The notes under the pieces: generated by a model
What the model was told of the DNA's origin: nothing
The model's database searches: none
The model's input: the letters and a program-made list of their open reading frames with translations, nothing else
In this document: positions 42,964 through 52,377 of the stretch, piece by piece
How positions within the stretch are numbered: position 1 is the stretch's first letter
Layout: the number at the start of each line of letters is the position of its first letter
Assembly: GCA_963845755.1 (NCBI GenBank)
Contig: CAWJTV010000011.1
Span: 672,001-736,000 of the forward strand
DNA: 64,000 bases
Direction of reading: 5' to 3'
DNA from: an uncultured Planctomycetota bacterium
GTDB taxonomy: Bacteria > Planctomycetota > Planctomycetia > Isosphaerales > Isosphaeraceae
Program-made: the position numbers and the translations under genes

Positions 42964-43863
42964 ATGCACGACTCAACGGTCCAAGGATCAACCCTCGAGC
43001 TCGACCAACTCTACGACGGCGATTGCCTCGAGCTGTTCCGGCGGGTTGAAGATGGCTCGATCGACCTGATTTTCGCCGACCCGCCGTTCAATATCGGCTA
43101 TGATTACGATATCTACGACGACCGCCGCGATGCCCAGACGTATCTGGACTGGACTCTCGCCTGGGGTCGCGAGGTGGTTCGCGTGCTCAAGCCCACCGGC
43201 ACGTTCTGGCTGGCGATCGGCGACGAGTTCGCAGCCGAACTGAAGGTCCTGTTCCACCGCGAGCTGGGTCTATCGTTACGGAGCTGGGTGGTTTGGTACT
43301 ATACGTTTGGGGTCCACTGCACGAAGAAATTCACCCGGAGTCACGCCCACTTGTTCTACTTCGTGCGTGACCCCAAACGTTTTACTTTCAACGACCAGGC
43401 AGTCCGCGTCCCCTCGGCGCGGCAGTTGGTTTACTTCGATACGCGGGCCAACCCCGAGGGCCGCCTTCCGGACGATACCTGGATCCTCCGCCCGCAGGAC
43501 GTCCCGAACGGCTTCGGCCCCGAGAGCGATACCTGGTACGTCCCGCGGGTCTGCGGCACGTTCAAGGAGCGTGCCGGCTTCCACGGCTGCCAGATGCCCG
43601 AACAGCTTCTGGGCCGGATCCTCCGCTCCTGCTCGAATCCCGGCGAGGTCGTCCTCGACCCGTTCGGCGGCAGCGGCACGACGCTCGCTGTGGCCAAGAA
43701 GCTGCACCGCCACTTCCTCGGCTTCGAGCTCTCGCCCGACTACGCCGCGGCGATCCGAACCCGACTCGACGCCGCCAGGCCCGGCCAGGCGCTCGATGGC
43801 AGTCCCGAGCCCATGGCCGGGGGCAAAGGACGAGCGAAGCCCTCGAAGAATCGATCGGTCTGA
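42964..43863 (+). CDS. Orphan beta-class amino (N4C/N6A) DNA methyltransferase
   Basis: GDCLE, FADPPFN before [18 protein letters not shown]. Confidence 0.92.
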   Translation: MHDSTVQGSTLELDQLYDGDCLELFRRVEDGSIDLIFADPPFNIGYDYDIYDDRRDAQTYLDWTLAWGREVVRVLKPTGTFWLAIGDEFAAELKVLFHRELGLSLRSWVVWYYTFGVHCTKKFTRSHAHLFYFVRDPKRFTFNDQAVRVPSARQLVYFDTRANPEGRLPDDTWILRPQDVPNGFGPESDTWYVPRVCGTFKERAGFHGCQMPEQLLGRILRSCSNPGEVVLDPFGGSGTTLAVAKKLHRHFLGFELSPDYAAAIRTRLDAARPGQALDGSPEPMAGGKGRAKPSKNRSV

Positions 43864-43945
43864 CGACTGTTGCTGAGGTCAATAACTCGGCAATAGGCCA
43901 GTAGAGTCGTCCTCCGTAGGATCCCTTCGCCCTGCGCGCCTCTGG

Positions 43946-44025
43946 GGATTCCGAATTCCGGATTCGAGATCCCGGATTCCCGGATCATTCCCCTTCGGGA
44001 ATCCGGGATCGCGAATCGGGAATCC
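43946..44025. repeat. Heptamer element with inverted arms (GGATTCC)n ... (GGAATCC)n
   Basis: ggattcc gaattcc ggattcg agatccc ggattcc / ggaatcc gggatcg cgaatcg ggaatcc. Confidence 0.7.
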
Positions 44026-44096
44026 CGATGGGGTTGCGGCCGAAGGCCGCGTTAGGTAGTCCCTATGCCGGTTACCTGTTCCATCCACGACCGAAT

Positions 44097-44480
44097 TTAC
44101 AGCGTCAGAAAGCCAAGCAAGAAAAGAACGATCGGGATCAGTAGCTTGGCGATGAACCAGGGAAACGTGCGTTGAGATCTTACGAGAAAATGCAGGATCG
44201 TAGCAGCTACGCAGAGGTTCATGTTCACACCTAACAGGAGATTGCACTCATGCGCCGGTCGCTCGCCGGGCTTATCGCCAACAAGTAGGGCGTCTGACAA
44301 TCCCAGCACTTGATGAACAGCCAGCATCAGCAGAAAGGGCACCAGGAAGGCCGGAGAAGCCCATGGCGATTGCAAGACCGAGAGGAATCTGAACCAGGTC
44401 CCGCGAGATGGTAGATTGTCTGTCGCCTGCGCATCTTTATTTAAAATACGTTCTGATTTTGAAGAATTCATCTCGACCAT
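44097..44480 (-). CDS. Lower-GC hypothetical membrane protein
   Basis: 127-aa ORF with three hydrophobic segments and an AGGA upstream. Confidence 0.4.
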   Translation of the reverse strand: MVEMNSSKSERILNKDAQATDNLPSRGTWFRFLSVLQSPWASPAFLVPFLLMLAVHQVLGLSDALLVGDKPGERPAHECNLLLGVNMNLCVAATILHFLVRSQRTFPWFIAKLLIPIVLFLLGFLTL

Positions 44481-44511
44481 ATCCTATCAAGGACCGGCGA
44501 AACGGCGTGTT

Positions 44512-44661
44512 ATCGTGGATGAACCAGATCGTGTCGAGGAGGGCCGACTTCCCGGAGCCGTCGGGCCCGAATCGGGTTTTGTCGGGCTCGAGATCGAGCG
44601 ACACATCGGCAAGGGAACGATAGTTCCGGATGTGGATCGATTTCAGTCGAACAGGGAACGT
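44512..44661 (-). pseudogene. N-terminal remnant of an ABC-type (AAA_15/AAA_21/OLD-like) ATPase
   Basis: Manual translation: (ACG)FPVRLKSIHIRNYRSLADVSLDLEPDKTRFGPDGSGKSALLDTIWFIHD. GAGGAG lies 7 nt before the ACG. Confidence 0.7.
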
Positions 44662-44909
44662 TCGAGCGCTCCTCGCGGGTCATGATCGCGCGCCCTCTCA
44701 TCATCTTCGATGATACCCCCGCCCGGACAGCCGGGTAAACACTCAGCGATTCAAGACCGACGGCGCTCGGCCGGCAGATCTTCCCGCGTGGGATCGCATC
44801 TCGGCATCCATTCTGCAAGAATAAAATGCGCCAGGCCGACACGAGGGGACGCCGTCGTGACGGGGCGCCTCCATCGGAAGCCGCGGCAAGATTCGGAAGG
44901 AGAACGCCA

Positions 44910-45438
44910 ATGCCCAAGGCCAAGAAAACGACCAAGAAAGCGAGCCAGCCGGCCAAAGAGCAGGGAGGGTGCCTCTACTCGCTCGAGGTCTTCCTGATCG
45001 GCGGCAACCTCAGCGATTCGTTCGTCAAGAAGAATCCGGTGGTCTCGCGCATGATCCAGATTCGGGGGGACCAGACCCTGCAAGACCTGCATTACGCCAT
45101 CTTCGATGCCTTCGGCCGCTGGGAAGAACACATGTACGAGTTCCAGTTCGGCAAGGGGCCCATGGACCCGAAAGGGCCCCGGTATGTGATGCCGATGGCC
45201 TTCGAGAACCCACTCGGCGAGGACAATTCGCCGGCCGGCCGCCGTGGACACGACCACCATCGCATCCCTGGGCCTGAAGGTCGGCGACCGATTCGGCTAC
45301 TGGTTCGACTTCGGCGACGACTGGTGGCACCAGATCAACGTCGAGGCCGTCGAGGACACGGTTCCCCGGGGCAAGTTCCCGAAGGTGACGAAGCGGGTTG
45401 GCAAGAGCCCGCCGCAGTATCCGGACGAGGATGAGTAG
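44910..45438 (+). CDS. Plasmid pRiA4b ORF-3-family protein; frameshift near 45243
   Basis: RMIQIRGDQTLQDLHYAIFDAF...EEHMYEF; GDRFGYWFDFGDDWWHQI; PPQYP. Confidence 0.88.
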
Positions 45439-45590
45439 ACTCGATCTCGCAGAGATCGTTGCCCCGTGCACGCATCTTTTAGATAAACAGATGTAATAGC
45501 ACAAATTCCCAGATAATGCTGAACCGAGAATCCGGAATCTCGCATCCCGCCGCGATTGGTCCGATCGTCGGTCTTGATAGGAACCGTGCC

Positions 45591-46934
45591 ATGCGCCTAC
45601 CCGAGGACAAGATCAAGCAAGCCATCCTCGATCCCGACGGCGAGATCAGGGAAGGCGCGACCCGCTACTTCGCCGGGTCGTATCGCCCCGACCCTTCCAT
45701 CATGCCGATCGCCATCAAGGCGGTCGAGACCTACGGCCGGCAAGGCGCCTATCATCTGATCGGGCTGTCCAGGGATCTGTCGCAGACCGAGGAGACCATC
45801 ACGTGGGTCATCGACGAGCTGAACGACAAGCGGTGCGGTCAGTATGAGAACTATGCCTACAACCTGTCGATGATCTTGGTGGAGGCCGACCCCACACTGC
45901 TCTCGCCGAAGGAATCGTCGATCTACGAGGCCCGCCACTTCCTCCCCGACTTGATGGACGCCCTGGAGGAGCGGCTGCAAATGATGTCATGGGATGAGGC
46001 CACCTGCTGGAAGAACCTGGAGCAGCTCTGTGAGGAGGACAAGGACAAGGAATACGTCAACGAGTTCAACCTGGGCCGTGCCAACCATATTGTGGAGGCT
46101 CTGGCGCGACACGGCCCGTCGTGCGAGGAGAAGGTCCATTCGTTCCTGACCCAGAAGATCGAGGACTACCGTCACAACCCGATGGCGTGGCTGGAGCCGA
46201 TGGCCGTGTTCCTGGCCGGACGGGCACATCTGGAATCGACGATCCCGCTGATCGTCGCCAAGCTCCAGGAGGATGGCGGTGACTTGCTCAACCAGGCGTG
46301 CGCCGAGGCACTGGGCCGTATCGGCACGCCCGCTGTACTGGAGGCCGTCGCCGAGGCGTTCCCCGGGGCCGAACATCACTTCCGGATCTACGCGGCCGGA
46401 ATGCTCGAACACATTCATTCCGACCTGGCCGTGGAGACGTGCCTCCACCTGCTGGGCCTGGAGAAGGACGACGATATTTGCGTGTTCCTGGCGCACGCCC
46501 TTCTGTCTCACTTCGCGCCCGAGGGAATCGAAGCGGCGCGACAACTTCTCCTGGACCGCTCTTTCGGCTTCGAGGGTCAAGGACTGCGAAACGATCTGGT
46601 GACGACCGCCACGATCATGGGCGAGCGGTTCCCCGAACTCGATGAGTGGCGCGCCGCGGAGAAGGCCGAGCGGGAAGAACACCGGAGGGTGATGGAGCGC
46701 CTCGAGGGCAACCCGAGAGCCCAGCTACTCTACGGTCTATCGAAGCTGACCGGCGAGCCGATGCCTGATCTACCCCAGCTCAAGCCACCGCCCCCGCCCG
46801 CGCCTCGTCCGGCCTCACCCGCGCCCCGGCTGACCCCCTTCCGCAATCCCCAGGGCCATCAGACAGTCGGTAGGAACGCTCCTTGCCCCTGCGGAAGCGG
46901 GAAGAAGTTCAAGAACTGTTGCATGAGGAAATAA
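45591..46934 (+). CDS. HEAT-repeat protein with a C-terminal SEC-C zinc motif
   Basis: AEALGRIGTPAV; terminal VGRNAPCPCGSGKKFKNCC. Confidence 0.85.
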   Translation: MRLPEDKIKQAILDPDGEIREGATRYFAGSYRPDPSIMPIAIKAVETYGRQGAYHLIGLSRDLSQTEETITWVIDELNDKRCGQYENYAYNLSMILVEADPTLLSPKESSIYEARHFLPDLMDALEERLQMMSWDEATCWKNLEQLCEEDKDKEYVNEFNLGRANHIVEALARHGPSCEEKVHSFLTQKIEDYRHNPMAWLEPMAVFLAGRAHLESTIPLIVAKLQEDGGDLLNQACAEALGRIGTPAVLEAVAEAFPGAEHHFRIYAAGMLEHIHSDLAVETCLHLLGLEKDDDICVFLAHALLSHFAPEGIEAARQLLLDRSFGFEGQGLRNDLVTTATIMGERFPELDEWRAAEKAEREEHRRVMERLEGNPRAQLLYGLSKLTGEPMPDLPQLKPPPPPAPRPASPAPRLTPFRNPQGHQTVGRNAPCPCGSGKKFKNCCMRK

Positions 46935-47004
46935 AGGGAGAAGCACCGTCGTGTTGCCTGCGCTCTGCCCAGGAGCCGATGGTCGAGCATCACCGACCCG
47001 GAGG

Positions 47005-47391
47005 ATGACCATGGACCCCAGCGAGATCATCGAATCGCAGTGTGACGCTGCCCGCGACATCCTCGACCGCTTCGGCGCCGAGAAGGCGCTGGGCTACTTG
47101 ATCGGCGAGAAGTTCCTCAACTTCCTCGAGGTCGCCGAGACCAACGCCGAATGGCGGGAACTCATCCCGGATTATGTGGCCGAGATCCTCTCCATCTTCG
47201 AACCTCACCAACTGGCCGAGTACCTCGAGACGCCGCGTCGCTTGGGACCGTGGGGTCATACGGCCAGCGAGGAAGGGCACCGCGTATTACGAGCCGAGCA
47301 GGATGACTCGGAGACGGCGCGAGAGGATGCCAGGAACCTGTTACTGCTGGAATGGGCCAAGGAGTTGCTCCTCGACGAGCGGAGACCCTGA
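47005..47391 (+). CDS. Hypothetical acidic helical protein
   Basis: GGAGG RBS; EKALGYLIGEKFLNFL; same direction as the two upstream genes. Confidence 0.6.
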   Translation: MTMDPSEIIESQCDAARDILDRFGAEKALGYLIGEKFLNFLEVAETNAEWRELIPDYVAEILSIFEPHQLAEYLETPRRLGPWGHTASEEGHRVLRAEQDDSETAREDARNLLLLEWAKELLLDERRP

Positions 47392-47881
47392 CCGGCCGCA
47401 CCGTCATTGGTTCCATGGAAGACTCGAAGAGGTGATCCGCGCCGGCGCCGAGACTTCCCGGCAGAACTCCAGTACCGTTCGCGTGTAGAGATCCCGCGCG
47501 GAGTGGAGAAGGTCGCCGTGCTCGGCGCCGGGGATGAACACCAGCTTGCAATGGGACGTGATTCGACCGTGGAGCGCGCGGGCCTCCTCGGGGCGTGCCC
47601 GGCTGTCGGCCGCACCGGCGAGGATCAGGACGGGCACATCATCGGGGATGCCGGCGATCGCCTGGAAGGGGGAGATTTCGTCGAGGTGGGGCAGGAAGAC
47701 CGGCGCGACGAGTTTCAGCCCGGTGTAGGCGACATGGCTGAGCACGGGCGGCAGCGCGCACTCGACCCGGTTCCAGACGGCGGTCTTCAGGTCCTGGTAG
47801 GGGCTCTCAAGGATGTAGCCCCGGACGCGATGGGCCAGGTCCCGTGCGGCGAAGACGGCCGCCGCCGCGCCCATCGAGTTA

Positions 47882-49201
47882 GGAACAGCGAAAAAATAAC
47901 CTGAGCAATTATTTCTGGGGGCGGATTGTGTAGTTCCACTCTCCGTGAAACTTGGCCGGCGTTAACTTGAGGCTAGCAAGTTGCTCGTCACTGACCTCGA
48001 TTCCGGTCTCATATACGTCGGTATCCAGGAGGGCACGCACCGTCAGGCCCGTCTTCGTCGTCGTATTCGCGATGAGGTTCACGATCACCTGGTAGCTCGT
48101 CAGCGGCCGGCCCCGCCAGTTCTTGGTAATGAAGCAGAAGAGCCGATGTTCGATTTTGTTCCATTTACTGGTCCCCGGTGGGAAGTGACACACGCGCAGC
48201 GACATACCCAAGTCACTGGCCAGGTCTTGCAATGCCAGCTTCCACAGTCGGTTGCGGCTGCCATTGCTTCCGCCCCCGTCCGCGGTGATCATCAATTGCG
48301 TAGCTCGCGGATAGCGCCGGCAACCCATCTCCCGCCACCAGCGCCCGATGCTGGCCACCGCGAACCGCGCCGTATCGTGATCGATCCCCACGCTGACCCA
48401 GCCTTCGTTATGAGCGAGGTCGTATACCCCATAAGGGATCGCCTTACCCAACTTCTTGTCCGGGAAGTCATGGACTTTGACCTCCTCCGGCTCGCCTTTG
48501 GGTTGCCATTCCTCACCCGGGTTCTTGAATTCGCCGACCAATTCCTTCTTCTTGGTGTTAACGGACACGACCGGTTGACTGCGCCTCTGGTATGCGATCA
48601 CTTGTCGGTTGATGTACTCGAACTGGGCGTTGCGGTCCGGCTGCGAGGAGCCTTCTCTCGTCTTGCGATTGGCTTGCAGGCTATAGCCGGCCTTCTTCAG
48701 GAGGTGAGCGACCGCGCGGTCCGACACGGCGTGCCCCTGATTCCGAAGTTCCTCGGCCAACTTACTGGTGCTCTTACAGGTCCAGCGCAGCGGCGACTCC
48801 GGATGCCCTCGGGTCGCCGGATCGACCAAGACCTCCAAAGCTTGTTGCAATCCCGGGTCGGTCTCGGTCAGGAGCTTGCGACCGGCACCAGGGCGACGAA
48901 TCCGCAACGCGCGGCTCGGCTCCGGATGAGCACGACGATCTTCCAGTTCACGAAGCCCCGCCGCGATCGTATTACGAGCCACACCCGTAGCCAGGGAGAC
49001 GGCCGTGACGCCGCCCCAACCCAAGGCGGAAGCCTCAGTAGCTACCCACAGTCTGCGTATCTGCTCGTCCATCACAGGAGACAGCGCCAGGTACTTCTGC
49101 CGGATACACTCAATGGTGGTTGTGTCTTGCATGCGGCAAGGATCGTCGAAGCCGCATAATTCCGCAACCCGAAATTGCTCAACTTATTTTTTCGCGGTTC
49201 C
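47882..49201 (-). mobile_element. ISAzo13-family insertion sequence (1320 bp) with a 3-bp TTA target duplication
   Basis: TIRs GGAACAGCGAAAAAATAACCTGAGCAATT / GGAACCGCGAAAAAATAAGTTGAGCAATT; TTA at 47879-47881 and 49202-49204. Confidence 0.93.
47909..49132 (-). CDS. ISAzo13-family transposase
   Basis: SPLRWTCKS, YSLQANRKT, DRNAQF, SVNTKKKELVG, ADGGGSNG, PGTSKWNKIEHRLF, FHGEWNY. Confidence 0.95.
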   Translation of the reverse strand: MQDTTTIECIRQKYLALSPVMDEQIRRLWVATEASALGWGGVTAVSLATGVARNTIAAGLRELEDRRAHPEPSRALRIRRPGAGRKLLTETDPGLQQALEVLVDPATRGHPESPLRWTCKSTSKLAEELRNQGHAVSDRAVAHLLKKAGYSLQANRKTREGSSQPDRNAQFEYINRQVIAYQRRSQPVVSVNTKKKELVGEFKNPGEEWQPKGEPEEVKVHDFPDKKLGKAIPYGVYDLAHNEGWVSVGIDHDTARFAVASIGRWWREMGCRRYPRATQLMITADGGGSNGSRNRLWKLALQDLASDLGMSLRVCHFPPGTSKWNKIEHRLFCFITKNWRGRPLTSYQVIVNLIANTTTKTGLTVRALLDTDVYETGIEVSDEQLASLKLTPAKFHGEWNYTIRPQK

Positions 49202-49860
49202 TTACCGTCAACAATCACCGACCGCCCGGGCCGGCGGGCCTCGAGGAATTCGACCGCCGCGATCACGTCGTGGCGGGCGCCGAAGCCGATGTCGTCGAAA
49301 TGGCCCGTCGAGTCGCCGTGCCCCCGGAGCGTGATCATCAGCACGGCATAGCCCTGCGACGCGAGGACCTTGGCCCGGATCAGGCTATTCCGCCGATGGC
49401 CCTTGTGGCCGTGGAGTACCAGCACGCTCGGCGCCTCGGCCCGACCGTCTACGAACCACGCGCCGATCTCCTCGCCGTCGCGGGTCGCGATGCGGTGGCT
49501 ATCCAATCGTCCCCAGTCCACGCTTGGCAGGGGCTCCGCGAACCGGCCCGTCAGACGATGGGTCAACAGATAGGCGACCGCCACGGAGATCAACAGCCAC
49601 CCGGCGCACAGAATCGTCGAGATGACGATCAATCGGCGCACGGTCCGGCGCCTCTTGAATTGCAGCAAACGAACGCGGATCACGCCTTTCAGTTCCCTCG
49701 GTCTGACGGCGGGCGACCCTCTCTCCACTGATACTCGGCTCGAGGATACAACAATTCGCCATGTTGAGGGAAGCCGAGCCTGCGTCGGCGGGACCTTCGA
49801 GCCAAGGCCGGCGGCGTGGTATGCTCAAGGTTCCGCCACTCGAGACCTGAGGAGATCCCC

Positions 49861-50292
49861 ATGCCCGACGACCGCATCGCCACGATTCGTCCGGTCGAGG
49901 AACTCGAGGCGACCGGGAAGGTCGCCGCGATCTTCGCCGACATCAAGGCCACCAAGAACATCGACTTCGTACCGGCCTTCTGGCGAGTCATCGCCACGAA
50001 TCCGGTTCAGCTCGAGCTGGTCTGGAACACACTCAAGTCGTTGATGCATCCCGAGTCGGTCGGCCGCGCGCCGCGGCTGGACCCGAAGACGCGCGAGATC
50101 ATCGCGCTGGCGGTCTCGGCGACGAATGGATGTCCGTACTGCATCAACTCGCACACCGCCGCGCTGCGCAAGCTCGGCCTGGACGAGGAGGCGCTCGGCG
50201 AGGTCATGGCGATCGTCGGCCTGTTCAACATGACCAATGCCCTGGCCAACGGCTACCAGGTCGAGCCGGACGTCCGGCCGAAACTGGATTGA
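49861..50292 (+). CDS. Carboxymuconolactone decarboxylase / AhpD-like protein
   Basis: REIIALAVSATNGCPYCINSH. Confidence 0.9.
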   Translation: MPDDRIATIRPVEELEATGKVAAIFADIKATKNIDFVPAFWRVIATNPVQLELVWNTLKSLMHPESVGRAPRLDPKTREIIALAVSATNGCPYCINSHTAALRKLGLDEEALGEVMAIVGLFNMTNALANGYQVEPDVRPKLD

Positions 50293-50307
50293 GAATCGAG
50301 ATGTCCC

Positions 50308-50958
50308 ATGACGCGCCGCTTCGTCGGTTGTCTCGCTCTGGCCGCGGGGCTTCTGACCGCCTCGGGCGTGGGTCTCCTGACACCGCCCCTCGCCGGTGCC
50401 GAGCCGGGTTCGGAGTCGCCGAGCGGGACGATCCGCCTTCCTGCCGGTCTGACCGCCCACTACGACTATCACTACGATCGCAACGCACGCCGCGCCGGCG
50501 ATGCGATCATCGCGCTCACCGAATCCGGCAACCTGCTGCGCTTCGATCTGGCAACGCTCAAGCTGACCCGTGAGTGGTTCGGCCCGGTACCGATCGCCTG
50601 TCTGGGCCGGGGCGAGCACGACGCGATCCTGGCGGGTTTCGAGAACGGCCGCGTCTGCCGGATCGAGCCGGCAACGCTGGCCTTGACCGAGGTTCTCCGG
50701 CTGACGGGCAAGCCGCGGTGGGTCGAGGCCGTGACCGATCGAGCCGGGCCGGCCGCGAAGACCCGGCTCATCGCCGTGTTCAATCAGACGCGGCCGGTCG
50801 AGCGGAACGGGACGCGATTCCCGATCAGCATCCCGGTCGTCCAGGAACTCGGTTCGGGTAAGACGTATCCCCTCGACTCGATCAAGAAGGAAGGCGCGGA
50901 CCCATGGACATTCGTAGGTATTTCCGTCTTCTCTATGCCCTCTGTGGCTCTGTGGTGA
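50308..50958 (+). CDS. Exported beta-rich hypothetical protein, probably 3'-truncated
   Basis: Signal-like N-terminus; the stop codon falls inside a CTCTGTG repeat arm. Confidence 0.45.
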   Translation: MTRRFVGCLALAAGLLTASGVGLLTPPLAGAEPGSESPSGTIRLPAGLTAHYDYHYDRNARRAGDAIIALTESGNLLRFDLATLKLTREWFGPVPIACLGRGEHDAILAGFENGRVCRIEPATLALTEVLRLTGKPRWVEAVTDRAGPAAKTRLIAVFNQTRPVERNGTRFPISIPVVQELGSGKTYPLDSIKKEGADPWTFVGISVFSMPSVALW

Positions 50959-50968
50959 GACATTCGGG

Positions 50969-52377
50969 CTAGATATCGCCGAGGCGCCCCGTGGAATCGC
51001 CGAATCGTTCGAGCCCGGTCATCCCGAGGCGATCGGCCAGGCCGAGGAACAGGTTCGTCGTCGGTTTGGAGCCGTGCTTCACGTAACGGCCGGGCTTGAG
51101 CGTGCCGCCGCCGCCGCCGGCCAGCACCAGCGGGAGGTTGTCGTGGGTATGGCGATTGCCGTCGGCATTGCCGCTGCCATACAGGATCATCGCGTTGTGG
51201 AGCAGCGAGTGGCCGTCCACGTCCTTCGTCTCCTGAAGCTTATCCAGGAACCGGGCGAACTTCTGGACGTACCACAGGTCGATCTCCGCGACCTTCTGGA
51301 TCCAGTCGGCCCGGTTGCGGTGGTGGGTCAGGTCGTGATGGCCCTCGGAGATCCCGATGTGTTCAAACGAACGATTGCTACCATCGTGGGCCAGCAGCAG
51401 GGTCGCGACCCGCGTCGAATCGGTCTGGAACACCAGCACCAGCAGGTCGTACATGAGCTGGAGGTATTCGGCATAGTCCGAAGGGACGCCCATCGGCGTC
51501 TCGACGCGCGGGTCCGCGGCGTCGCCGAACCGTTCCGATTTCTCGATCCGCGTCTCGATCTCGCGCACGCTGGTCAGGTACTGGTCGAGCTTGGACTGGT
51601 CCTGAGGGTTGAGCCGCCGTTGCATGGAACGCGCGTCGTCCAGGACGAAATCGAGGATCGATCGCTGCTCGTGCCGCCGGCGCTCCAGGTTGGCTTTCCG
51701 ATCGCCGGGCGCGCCGGTTCCGAAGAGTCGCTCGAAGACCAGGCGCGGATTGGCCTCAGGCGTCATCGGCGTCGTGGGCGAACTCCAGGAGATGTTGTAC
51801 TGATAAACGCACGAGTAACCCGGAATCGCAGGCCCCGGTCTTCCGCGCCGGCTCACACGCCAGCTCCAGCGAGGGGAAGCGCGTGAGATGACCGATCCGA
51901 CGCGCCATCAACTGATCGATGGAGATGCCCGCGCGGATGTCCGTCGCGCTCTTCTTCAGCCGGACGCCGGTCAGGAACGTTCCGTTACCCCGCGCGTGAT
52001 CGCCTGCGCCATCGGGGCCGCCGGTCGCCGTTCGATGATTCAGACCGCCGAGGACCTGGATCAGCCGCCGGCTCGATTCCAGAGGCTGGAGAGTGCGGCT
52101 GAGTGGGAACTCGGCCCCCTCGTTCTTGGGCCACCACTGCGCCGGAATGGCCCCGTTGGGGAAGTACACGAAGGCCGCGCGCGAATGGCGCACCCGTGGC
52201 GGTCGTGGCCAGGCCGGAGGCGGTCGCCGGCACGGCAGCGATGGCGCGCGATGGCGCGAGCGACGCAAAGGCCGGCACAGCGAAGCCGGCGCCGAGCCGG
52301 CCGAGGAACTGTCAACGGTTGAAGTCCGGATCGCGCCGGGCGGCGCCCGAATCGTCCCGGTCGAGTCTCGATGTCAT
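50969..52377 (-). CDS. DUF1552-family protein (Tat leader broken by TGA; further frameshifts)
   Basis: FVYFPNG, GDHAR, SIDQ, RFPSLEL, NISW, EGHHDLTHH, GNRHTHDNLP; ATGA-coupled to the DUF1592 gene. Confidence 0.88.

Larger units (their letters stand above)
47404..49683 (-). pseudogene. Alpha/beta hydrolase interrupted by the ISAzo13 element
   Basis: VLVLHG, LRGHGDSTG, rejoined G-N-S-M-G, ILESPY, AGAAD, GAEHGDL. Confidence 0.9.
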
